From an uncultured Planctomycetota bacterium (GTDB lineage: Bacteria > Planctomycetota > Planctomycetia > Isosphaerales > Isosphaeraceae): a stretch of DNA of 64,000 nucleotides. The stretch spans positions 96,001 to 160,000 of the forward strand of contig CAWJTV010000028.1 in the NCBI GenBank assembly GCA_963845755.1. The letters are read 5' to 3'. Each line of letters starts with the position of its first letter. Position 1 is the stretch's first letter. Under the pieces are notes generated by a model. It did not search any database. It saw nothing but the letters and a program-made list of their open reading frames with translations, and was not told the DNA's origin. The position numbers were made by a program, and so were the translations under genes. Positions 1 through 9,937 of this stretch are shown here, piece by piece.

Positions 1-371
1 TGAACCTGCTGCCCCCGCAACCGGCGACGTCGATCACGGCGGAGGCACCCGCCGAGGCGGCGTCCGACAAGCTGCCCGCATCGCTGCGGACGCTGCCGAC
101 GATCCTCAGGGCCGGAGCGGGCGGAAGTCTGGGACAGATTCAGGTCGGCGAGCAGACGATCCCCACGGATCCGTCGGCATTGGAAAAGGAACTGGACAAG
201 TACTTCCAGGATCCGAACTTACCGTTCGATCAGACCTTGCTCAAGGTCAACCCACGCCTCAAGTATTCGGAGTTGATGAAGGTCATCAATGCCTTCTCCA
301 ACGCGTTCGTCCGCGCCAAGAAGGAGCCGAAGGTGAGCTTCGACGAACTGGTTCCGGGTGAGGAAGGCTGA
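1..371 (+). CDS. exbD: ExbD/TolR family biopolymer transport protein, C-terminal part (truncated by window start)
   Basis: Frame 3 is open from base 3 (NLLPPQP...TILRAGAGGSLGQIQVG...LLKVNPRLKYSELMKVINAF...KVSF); resembles the ExbD periplasmic domain. Confidence 0.65.
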   Translation, partial: NLLPPQPATSITAEAPAEAASDKLPASLRTLPTILRAGAGGSLGQIQVGEQTIPTDPSALEKELDKYFQDPNLPFDQTLLKVNPRLKYSELMKVINAFSNAFVRAKKEPKVSFDELVPGEEG

Positions 372-401
372 CAGGCGTAGGCTATCGAGGAGTGATCGAT
401 C

Positions 402-1283
402 GTGGAGCGTTCCTCGTCATTCTTCCGCGGCTCGGAATTCTCTCGCCTGGTGATATTGTCGGTCATCTTGATCGGTGGTTGGGTCGGGTTCTGGTACTAC
501 TGCGCAGCAGCAGCCCAAGCTGCCCGAGCCGCCGCTCAGGGCCACAGAACCGCCCGAACCGGTTGTCGCCGATCGTTCGATCGATTTCGAGACGGTCACG
601 GATTGGACGCCGATGTCGTTCCGCGATAATGCGGGGTTCGCCCGGCTTCTGGACCGAGTACGGACCAGGACACCGAACGACCTGGCCGGCGAGAGCCGCC
701 GCGACGTCCTCGCCACGCACCTCTGGGAGCGACCGGAGCACTACCGAGGCGTTCCGATTCACCTGGCCGGCACGGCGCTTCGCGTCATCCGACAAGATTC
801 CAAGCTCAGCAAGACCGGCTGGCTCTACGAGGCATCGATCCTCACGCCCGAAGCGCGGCGGGTTCCGTATCAGTGTGTCTTCGAGGACGTCCCCAAGGGA
901 TTTCCGATCAGCCCGAACATCTCCGAGCGCGTCGTCTTCAACGGCTACTTTCTCAAGGTCATGAAGTACGAGGCCGGCGACCTGTGCGCGGGGCACCGGT
1001 CCTCATCGGCCGCATTGGCTGGGAACCCGGTGACTCCGCCGAGGCGGATAACCAGGGGATGGGTTCGACCTTGAGATGGACGCTGATCGGCCTCGGTGCG
1101 ATGTTCTTCATCTCTCTGGTACGCTGGCTGATTCCGCTCCGTCGAATCTTCACGCGTCCCGGCGCGAACGTGGAGCCCAGAACGATCGTGAAGGACGAGC
1201 TCGACCCCGGACACCTCGATGCCTGGGTCCAATCCGTGACTCAGGAACCGGGCTCCAACGACCCTAACTCGATCCAGAGCTGA
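402..1283 (+). CDS. Hypothetical membrane protein with N- and C-terminal TM helices (2 frameshifts, ~500 and ~985)
   Basis: ORFs 402.., 475..1074 and 873..1283 join into one protein: LVILSVILIGGWVGFWYY / ...LWERPEHYRGVPIHLAG...GYFLKVMKYEAGD / RGAPVLIGRIGW...WTLIGLGAMFFISLVRW. Confidence 0.65.
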
Positions 1284-1498
1284 CCGTCAATTTGACACGA
1301 GTCGGCGTTCCATCGTCCTTTGTCGAGTTGATCAAAGCGGGGTGTGGACCAACGAGGCATGCAGGACTCTGTATGAGGTATTCGGACAAGCCCCTTGGTG
1401 AGAAGAGTCCGGTTCTCACTGGTCACGGGCGCCGGGCCCCTGGATACTAATGACTGGCCGCTGGCCATCGAATTCTCTCCCACCAGCCGACAAGACGC

Positions 1499-4400
1499 AT
1501 GCACCGCGAGTATAGACCGGACGACACGCACCATGTTCAGGTGGGCGCCTTCGGCGTCCCCCTGGCGGATACCGCACCCGACGAGCGCGCGCTCATCGCG
1601 TTCACGGCGTTGCTGGGCATCCTGATAGGGGTTGACGTGTTGCTGGGCGCGATGGGCTGGGGCGGCCTTCGGCTTCCACTAGGTCTGTCGTTCACGATGA
1701 TCGCGGCGGTACTGGGGGCCGTCTACATCGTCTACGGTACGCTCCGATCGTTGTTGCAACGACGGATCGGGGCCGACCTGGCTCTGGCACAGGCGAGCCT
1801 GGCCGCCCTGGTGATCGGTCAGCCATTCGTCGCGGCCGAGGTCGTCTTCATCGCCCTGCTGGGCGAGGTCCTCGAGGCGTGGACCTTCTCTCGCACCCGG
1901 CGCGCGCCTGGGCCGGCTCGTCGAGCAGACCCCGCGCACCGCACGCGTGCGCCGTGATGGCCAGGAGGTCGAGGTCCCCGCGGATCAGGTCGCGATCGGT
2001 GATCGTGTGCTCGTCGGGCCAGGTGAGCGGATCGCCGTCGACGGTCGGATCCTGTCGGGCCGGTCGACCGTCGACCAGTCCGCGTTGACCGGCGAGTCGC
2101 TGCCGGTCGACAAGGGCCCCGAGGACATGGTCTTCACCGGGACCATCAACCAGTTCGGCGCCATTGAGGTCGTCGCCGAGAAGGTAGGCGGCGAAACGAC
2201 GTTCGGCCAGGTGCTCCGGATGGTCGCCCAGGCGAGACGCCGGAAGGCGCGACTGGAAAAGACGGCCGACCGGTTGGCGCGCTACTTCTTGCCCCTGGTC
2301 GAGCTGATCGCCGGGGCGACCCTCGTCATCGGGTATCTCGCCGGCTGGCCCGACGTCTGGTCGCGCACGGTGGCCGTTCTGGTCGTGGCTTGCCCGTGCG
2401 GCCTGGTCCTGGCGACGCCGGCCGCGATGCTGGCCAGCATGGCCTGGCTGGCACGGCACGGCGTCCTAATCAAGGGGGGCGCCGCACTCGAAAGCCTGGC
2501 TGCGTGCGACACTTTCGCGTTTGACAAGACCGGCACGCTCACCCGCGGCAAGCCCGAGTTCATCAGCTTGGTCGCCGTCGGTGGTTATGAGGATAGGACA
2601 CTGCTGCGTCTGGCCGCGTCGGCCGAGGCTGCCAGTCGTCATCCGTTAGCCGCCGTCGTCGTCGCGGAGGCGCGGCGACGATCGGTCGAGCTCGTCGACC
2701 CGATCGAGGCCATCGTCTTGCCGGGCGCCGGGGTCCGTGCTCGTTGTGCCGCATCGCACGAGGAAGCTCACACGGTGCTCGTGGGGAATCGTCGTCTTCT
2801 AGCAGAGCAGGGGATCGCCATCGAGCATCCCATCGAGGAGATCCTGGGTCAGCTCGATGCCCGCGGTCAGACGGCGCTGATCGTTGCGATCGATGGCGCG
2901 GTCGCTGGCGTCCTCGGTGTCCACGACGCGATTCGCCCCGAGGCGCACGATGTGATCCACGACCTCCGCCACTTGAAGATCAAGGAAATCGCCGTCCTCA
3001 CGGGCGACCGCGAGCCGGCCGCCCGGGCAATCGCAAAGCGGATCCACGCAGACACGATCGCCGCGGAGCTCCTGCCGGCGGACAAGGCCCGCTGGATCGA
3101 AGAGCGACGGGCCGCCGGGCGGCGGGTCGCCATGGTTGGCGACGGGATCAACGACGCACCGGCCCTGGCGCAGGCGGACGCGGGGATTGCGCTGGGCGGC
3201 ATCGGTGCGGATCTTGCGGCGGAAGCCGGCGGGATCATCATCCTGGGCGAGCCGCTCCGCGTCTTGCCGGACTTGCTTAGCTTGGCCCGCGGCACCGTCG
3301 CGATCATTCGGCAAAACATCATCGGCTTCGCCTTTGGCCTGAATGCCGTGGCGATGCTCTCGGCAACACTCGGCATCCTCGGCCCGGTTCCCGCCGCGAT
3401 CCTTCATCAGATTGGCTCGTTGCTCGTCCTGCTCAATTCGATGAGGCTCCTGGTCTTCGGCGACTGGGCCGAGCTGCCGCCGTTCCGGCGCGCCCGACAG
3501 TTCGGGGCCTGGATCGCTCGATTCGATGACCGCATGGATCTGGAACGGGTACCGATGTGGGTTTGGAGTCGCCGTCGAGCCCTCCTGGCGTGTGCCCTCG
3601 TCGCGATCGTGATCGCCTACGCCACGAGCGGGTGGACCTCGATCGGTCCGGACGAGGTCGGGCTACTCCAGCGGTTCGGTCGCTATCAAGGGATGCTCGG
3701 ACCGGGCTTGCACCTGAGGTGGCCATCTCCGATCGAGCGGGTCCGGCCCTTTGCTCCCGACCGGGCGCGCAGCCTGGAAATCGGCTTTCGTGCGGCGCCC
3801 TGGCGCCGCGATGGTGGCGTCGGCTGGGAGGCGACCCACGGTCGTCAGCCCGGCGATCCGATCGAGGACGAGGCGCTGCTCCTGACCGGGGACGGCCGCT
3901 ATGTCGAGGTGGCGGCCACGGTCGAGTACGCGATGGACCGCGCGGATGCCGAATCGGTCCGGCGATTCCTCCTGGAGCTCGCGGATGGGGAAACCGCCGT
4001 GCGATCGCTGGCGGAGTCGGTCGTCCGCGAGGTGGTCAGCCGTCGCGAGCTGCTCAACCTCTTGACGGAAGGAAGGCGGGAGGCCGAAGGCGCAGCCGCC
4101 GAACTCCTTCGCGCGCGCCTCCAGCAGTATCGATTCGGTATCGCGGTCCGTCGCATCGCGTTCCAGGACATCCACCCGCCGCTGGCGGTCCTCGATGCGT
4201 ATCGCGATGTCTCCCGGGCCAGCAGCGATCGCCAGCGGCGCATCAATGAGGGGATCGCCTATCGCGATCGGGTCGTGACGGAAGCGCACGGTCGGTCTCG
4301 GTCGTTGAGGAATCATGCCGAAGCCGGCCGGAGCCGTCGCCTGTCGCTTGCCGCCGGCTCGGCCGACCGATTCGCATCCCTTCGCCAGGCGAGGCAATAC

Positions 4401-4646
4401 GCACCCGCCTTGACCGATTTCCGGCTCTTCTGGAAGTCGATCGCCGATGCCCTGGCCGGCAAGGACAAGTTCATCCTCGATGACAACCCGGCCAGGCGCC
4501 GACAGATGGTGATACCCGGTATCCCCTGGGAACAGATGATACCCGCACTTCATCCGGACCGACAACCTAGCGAAGGAACGACTCCGTCCTCCGGGATGCC
4601 GACCGGAGAAATCCTCATCCCATCGCTCGGGAACCCCGAACCATGA
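1499..4646 (+). CDS. Heavy-metal P1B-type ATPase with C-terminal SPFH/HflK-like domain (frameshift ~1905)
   Basis: Motifs TGES, ACPC, DKTGT, HP, GDGINDAP; then a TM helix and an SPFH domain (GLLQRFG..GPGLHLRWPSPIE, LLTGDG, QDIHPP). The N-terminal TMs are in ORF 1499..1957. Confidence 0.9.
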
Positions 4647-5623
4647 AGCATCTCCTTCGCTGGATCCTCGCACTCCTGTTTCTGGGCGCCGTGATCGGCG
4701 CGACGATGGCGTCCTTCGTGATCGTCAACGAGACGGAGTACGCCGTGGTGACGAGCTTCGGGCGGATTGGTGCGGTCTATGGCGACCAGCCATCCGAGTC
4801 GGGGCTACATCCGAAGGCGCCATGGCAGCTCGCGATCAAGATCGACCGCCGGATTCGCGTGTTCGATCCGCCGCCCCGTGAAGTCATCACCGGCGACAAG
4901 AAGAACCTCGAAGTTGCCCCCTATGTCGTCTGGCGAGTGGCCGACCCGATCTTGTTCTTGCGTGGGTCGGGGAGTCACGAGCTGGCCGAGGCGCGATTGA
5001 ACGAACGGATCTCGGCCGGTCTAAGCGATGCGATCGGCCGCCGGGAACTGGCCGGGCTCGCCTCGACCGACACCGCCAAGTGGGCCATCGACGCGCTGAA
5101 TGGCGACGTCATGGCCGCCGTCGTCCCCGGGGCCCGCGAGGAGCTGGGCGTCGAGGTCCTCGATGTGCGGCTCCGCCGGTTCAACCACCCGGTCGAGGTT
5201 CGGCCGGCCGTTTTCGAATTGATCCGGAGCGAGCGACGGCAAGTCGCCGCCAAGCTGAGGGCGGAGGGGGAGGCCCAGTACATCACGATCACCAGCCAGG
5301 CGGATCGGGCGCGCGACACGATCCTGGCCGAAGCCGAGGCCGAGGCCCAGCGGATCCGCGGTCAGGGTGAGGCCGAGGCAACTCGGGTCCTCAACGAGGC
5401 ACACGGCCGCGATCCCCGGTTCTTCGAATTCCTTCAGACCCTCGAATCTTATCGTTCGATCCTCGATGAACGCGCAACCGTGGTCCTCTCCGCCTCGAGT
5501 CCTCTGCTCAAGTTGCTGATCAAGGGCCCCGCGATCGATTCGCCCCCCGCGGCGCCCGATCGCCATGCGGCCGAGCCCACCGTCAAACCTCCCGCCCTCG
5601 AGAGCACGGCGCGACAACGATGA
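4643..5623 (+). CDS. hflC: HflC-like SPFH protein
   Basis: N-terminal TM, AVVTSFG, GLHPKAPWQ, ITGDKKNL, IRSERRQVA, RGQGEAEA, DPRFFEFLQTLESY; ATGA overlap with the ATPase. Confidence 0.85.
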   Translation: MKHLLRWILALLFLGAVIGATMASFVIVNETEYAVVTSFGRIGAVYGDQPSESGLHPKAPWQLAIKIDRRIRVFDPPPREVITGDKKNLEVAPYVVWRVADPILFLRGSGSHELAEARLNERISAGLSDAIGRRELAGLASTDTAKWAIDALNGDVMAAVVPGAREELGVEVLDVRLRRFNHPVEVRPAVFELIRSERRQVAAKLRAEGEAQYITITSQADRARDTILAEAEAEAQRIRGQGEAEATRVLNEAHGRDPRFFEFLQTLESYRSILDERATVVLSASSPLLKLLIKGPAIDSPPAAPDRHAAEPTVKPPALESTARQR

Positions 5624-6598
5624 AGAAACGGCTAGTCATCTTCGGAGTCGGGCTGGGGGTCATCGGCAGCCTCTTCGCCGCGAGTGGCGTGTGCCTGGTC
5701 GCGCCGGGAGAGGTCGTTGTGGTCCGCCGGTTCGGCAGACGCCTCGATCCTTCCTGGGGACCAGGACTGCACTGGCATCTTCCCCTGGGGATCGATCGCC
5801 TGGACCGGGTCCGATCCGATGCGGTGCGTCAATTCACCGTGGGAGAGGCTGGTCCGCCACGGGTTGACCAGGATCCTTCCGAGGGTGAAGCCCTGACCGG
5901 CGACTGGAATCTTGTGCGTATTCAGGCGACGATCCAGTATCGTGTGGCGAGTCCGATCGATTTCGTGGTGAAGGCCGAGCAAGTCGAGGGCCTGCTGATC
6001 AGGACCACCGAGGGGAGTATTTCGCGGGCGCTGGCCAGCCGAAGCATCGATTCCGTGCTCCGCTCGGACCGCAGGCGAATCGCGGATGAGGTTCACGCCG
6101 ACGTCCAGCGGGCAGCCGACCGACTCTCCCTTGGGGTGACGATCCTGGGTGTCAGCCTGACCGACGCGCGGCCGCCTCTTGAGGTCGCCGCCGATTTCGC
6201 GGCGGCCCAGTCCGCCGAGAGCCTGCGCGACCGTCGCGTCAACGAGGCAAAGACCTACGAGGCAGTGCAGCTCCCTGCGGCCACGGCGCACGCCCATGCC
6301 GTCCGAGAAACGGCCCACTCGGTCGCCGAAAGGACCGTGCTTCGCGCAGGCCGACTCTGGACGATTCCTCGCACTACTCGCCGAGGTCGTCCGTTCGCGC
6401 GAATTGACGATCAGACGGCTTTATATCCAATCGCTCCCGTCGCTCCTCGACGGCGTCCGGCGAAAGCTGGTCCTGCCTGCCGGAGATGCGCCGGACTTGA
6501 CCGTGATCGGACTTGGCGGCGAACGCCTTCCCAGGAACACGCCAGTACTGCAATCCGCCGAGCCATCCGGGGACCGACAGAACCGGGACGAGCCCTGA
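5620..6598 (+). CDS. hflK: HflK-like SPFH protein (frameshift ~6350)
   Basis: VVRRFG..GPGLHWHLPLGID, LTGDWNLV, PPLEVAADF; C-terminus (RRLYIQSL..KLVL) is in ORF 6179..6598. Confidence 0.8.
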
Positions 6599-6723
6599 TC
6601 GTTGGTCGGCCCTCGAGGATAGGCGCCTCATCCCGGCGCAACCGCCGGCAAGTCTTGTCGTGATCTCAGACCGCCTCCGTTTCCGGGTTGCTCCCCTTCC
6701 CGCAGCCGGGCTCCCTGTCCATA

Positions 6724-6978
6724 ATGGTTTTCATGGAAAGACCTTCCTTTCAAATGACTGTCGGTGCGATGCTGGGCGTCGTGGCGTGTATTGCGCTCAA
6801 CTTCTGGTTATTCCGACTCGGCGTCCTGTGGGGTATCCTGGGCTTGAACGTGACCAAACATGTCGTAATCGCCTATCTTTGCCAGATCCTCGGCGTTGAT
6901 CGGCGTGTCCCTAGCGAGCCTTCGAACATCGCCCCGAACCGTCCCCCACACGTTCCGGCCTCGTCGGGTACCCCATAG
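6724..6978 (+). CDS. Small hypothetical membrane protein
   Basis: FQMTVGAMLGVVACIALNFWLFRLG... hydrophobic segments; start codon uncertain. Confidence 0.55.
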   Translation: MVFMERPSFQMTVGAMLGVVACIALNFWLFRLGVLWGILGLNVTKHVVIAYLCQILGVDRRVPSEPSNIAPNRPPHVPASSGTP

Positions 6979-7994
6979 TTGAAGCCGTGGGTTGTTCTTG
7001 CAACGCGTGTCGATTGCTCGATGCCGTGCGTCCGTGCACACGCTTGCGCACCTACTCGGCCGCCAGTCACGGATCCGTCCGTCGGCACGGTCGCGAGCCA
7101 GCCCTGCGAAACCGAGCTTCCTCTCAAGAACGAGTGACTTCGGGCATCTGACTCTGGAACTGGCATGGATTTCCGCCGCGAGGGCTCAGGTCACGCGAGT
7201 CCGCGCAAGTGAGGCGCTTCGGCAACAGAGCCGGTGACTATTCCACAAAAACCGTCAGTAGCTTGTTGTCAAGTAACAGACGGCTTCTTATCATGAGGGG
7301 ACCTACGGGGCGGATTTGCGTACAGTAGAACCTCTCCGTCAGCTCCAGTCAGTCTTCTCAAACGATCTTGATCTCTACGTCGTGGCAAAGGTTCTTTCGG
7401 GTTCAACCCGGAAGTCGAGGGTTCGTGCTGCCCTGCATCCTCGCTGGATGTGTTCGACTGAACGATCTTGGTGTTGTCAACGAGGCCAATAAGCTCATGT
7501 TCGGCTTGCGTGCGCATTCCGAGCCAGCCCGAGCTGGACGGAGCGTACGTGGCCGCTAATTGTCATGATTCTGCGTATGCAGCGTCGATCAGCCTCAACC
7601 GACCCAGGTTCGGGTGAACTGGAAGGCACTAATCCTAATTGATTCGTTATGAGATTCAGCCCTTTATGGCTGCAAAGATCAAGGTGCGCGCGTGGAGTTG
7701 GCAACTGTCCATTCGAATACAACCTGAGACGATGTGTTTTTGAATCGGGGTCTTTCCGCGGAATCGAGCAGAATCTCCGAACCGCAATCCTTCCGTGAGG
7801 TTCCTTATCTAAGTGGGCGTGGGCGATTGATGGGGCGGACCGGCCTGAAGACTCCGCGTGGTTCCACGACAGGACAATCATTCGACCAGAGACTTTTTCT
7901 CGACGCACGCGTTTGCGCGGCACCTGCATTCGCGATTGGCAGGTGCTCTGTCAGGTCCGATTTCCATTTTTTTACCATGCCGAGGGAACGATTG

Positions 7995-8213
7995 ATGAGC
8001 ACACGGCGAATTCCTCGTGGTCAGCGGTTGGTCTTGTGTCTGAGTTTACTCGGGTTCCTGGGCTTGATGAGCGGTTGCTCTGAATCCAATCCGGTGGATG
8101 CGATCGGGCCGGAGGCAGCCAAGGAGAAAGGGCTGGCCCAGCAGAAAGCGCGTGAGAACGCGTTTGGTAAGGGTGGTAACCCGAAGAGCGAGAAAGGCGC
8201 GAAGAAGCAATGA
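7995..8213 (+). CDS. Small lipoprotein preceding a DUF1559 gene
   Basis: Basic N-terminus, hydrophobic core, lipobox MSG-C, short Lys-rich mature part; GAGG upstream. Confidence 0.75.
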   Translation: MSTRRIPRGQRLVLCLSLLGFLGLMSGCSESNPVDAIGPEAAKEKGLAQQKARENAFGKGGNPKSEKGAKKQ

Positions 8214-8650
8214 TCCGAGAAGGCTCGACTCAATCCAATCGGTTCCGTGTCGATCGGGCCAGTTGGTTGGGCTGCCTTCATGTCTCCGTATCGGGGTCGG
8301 CATGAGCTCAGTTAGCCCAGTGTTCGATCGATCGTTCGAGTCCGAGAAGATCCGAGATGTCCGTTCCGAGAGCACTGCGCCAATGTCCATCCTTACTCCG
8401 ACAGTCTTGCGTTTTCGGCAACTGGCGAAGGACCTTCCGTTGGACTTCTCGGTGCTTCGGCGTGCGAAGCTTGCCGATAGATCGTCGCTCACATTCCTGC
8501 TCGCACCCGTTCTTCGTGATCGATCCTGAAAGGGGTTTCGGTTCGGTCAACATTCGGGGACGCATTGGGGATCCCAAGACGTCCCATCCCCGTTCGTGAC
8601 ATCTTGAGTCGTTCGTTCTCACTTTCTTATCCCTGATTTGGAGCGCTCTC

Positions 8651-9820
8651 ATGACGGCGAGAATGCGTCGAGGATTCACTCTGATCGAACTCCTGGTCGT
8701 CATCGCGATCATCGCGGTGCTGATCGCGTTGTTGCTACCGGCGGTGCAGGCGGCCCGTGAGGCGGCCCGGCGCGCGCAATGCAGCAACAACCTCAAGCAG
8801 ATTGGTCTGGCGTTGCACAACTACCATCAGACCAACAACAAGTTTCCACAAGGTCATTCGCAGTCATTCGCCTATTTTTCGCATACCGCGTATGCCGGCT
8901 GGACCGAATGGAGTGCGCACTCCCAGATGCTCGGTTACATGGAGGCGACCGCGATCTACAACGCGATTAATTTCAGCTTCTGCGGCGGCTACGGCAACGC
9001 GGGCTACATCAACGTGACGGCGTACACCGCTGTCATCAGCTCGTTCATGTGTCCCTCCGACACGAATGTGGACAAGGGCGGCCCGCCGGCCGGCATCAAT
9101 GGACTCAACAATTGGGGAGGCAACGGCACGTATCCGCCGAACATCTGTGACTACCGCGGCAGCGTGGGCACCACGACCGCTCCCTACAATTGGGGGGCGG
9201 GCTTTGCATGCTGCCAGCCCGACCCGTTCAATCTCTCGGGTGGCACAGGGTCCGTCTCGGCGGCCTCGACCGGGATGTTCGCCTACTGGATCAGTAACGG
9301 CATCCAGGACTGCACCGACGGCACCTCGAATACGATTATCTTCGCCGAATCGCTGGTGGGCGACCCGACGAACATCGGTTCGGCGACGCTCTCGCACAAT
9401 AACAACTCGGTGACGAACGTCACCGCCGCCGCAGTGGCCCAAGCCTATGACGCCAGCACGCTCAATTACCAGCAGGTCGTCCTGCCGGCTCTCAACGCCT
9501 GCACCGCGGCGTACAAGTCGAACAGCAACGTCACCACGGATAACGGCAACCGCTGGGGCTGGGGCGCCGTGGGAATTACCTTATTCAACACGGTCATCCC
9601 TCCGAATTTCGCCCCGTGGAACGCGTGCCGCTCTTCGTGCCCGGGTTGCAGTCCCGATGATTCGATGTTCTCGATGGCCCAGAGCAACCACCCCGGTGGA
9701 GTCAACGTACTGATGACAGACGGCAGCGCCCGCTTCATCAAGAGTACGATCAGTCCGTTGACCTGGATGCAGTTGGGCACGAAGGCCAATGGCGAAACCA
9801 TCAGCTCCGACTCTTACTGA
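8651..9820 (+). CDS. DUF1559 prepilin-type N-terminal cleavage/methylation protein (H-X9-DG domain)
   Basis: [61 protein letters not shown]. Confidence 0.95.
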   Translation: MTARMRRGFTLIELLVVIAIIAVLIALLLPAVQAAREAARRAQCSNNLKQIGLALHNYHQTNNKFPQGHSQSFAYFSHTAYAGWTEWSAHSQMLGYMEATAIYNAINFSFCGGYGNAGYINVTAYTAVISSFMCPSDTNVDKGGPPAGINGLNNWGGNGTYPPNICDYRGSVGTTTAPYNWGAGFACCQPDPFNLSGGTGSVSAASTGMFAYWISNGIQDCTDGTSNTIIFAESLVGDPTNIGSATLSHNNNSVTNVTAAAVAQAYDASTLNYQQVVLPALNACTAAYKSNSNVTTDNGNRWGWGAVGITLFNTVIPPNFAPWNACRSSCPGCSPDDSMFSMAQSNHPGGVNVLMTDGSARFIKSTISPLTWMQLGTKANGETISSDSY

Positions 9821-9869
9821 CCTGACCGGAGTCCATCGGGCACTTCGGGTCCGTTTCTTTCGGAAGAAT

Positions 9870-9911
9870 GGCTAAGGTCCGGCCGAGTCCCAGGCTCGGC
9901 CAGCCTTGGCC
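9870..9911 (+). other. Intercistronic GC-rich hairpin
   Basis: GGCTAAGG..GGCCGAGTC-CCA-GGCTCGGCC..CCTTGGCC; no U-tract. Confidence 0.55.
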
Positions 9912-9937
9912 TTCGGATTCGCGTTGTCGAGACATTG

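Noticed and set aside
8341..8372. TCCGAG repeated three times between the lipoprotein and DUF1559 genes
   Set aside because: Short, irregularly spaced and absent from the paralogous spacer.
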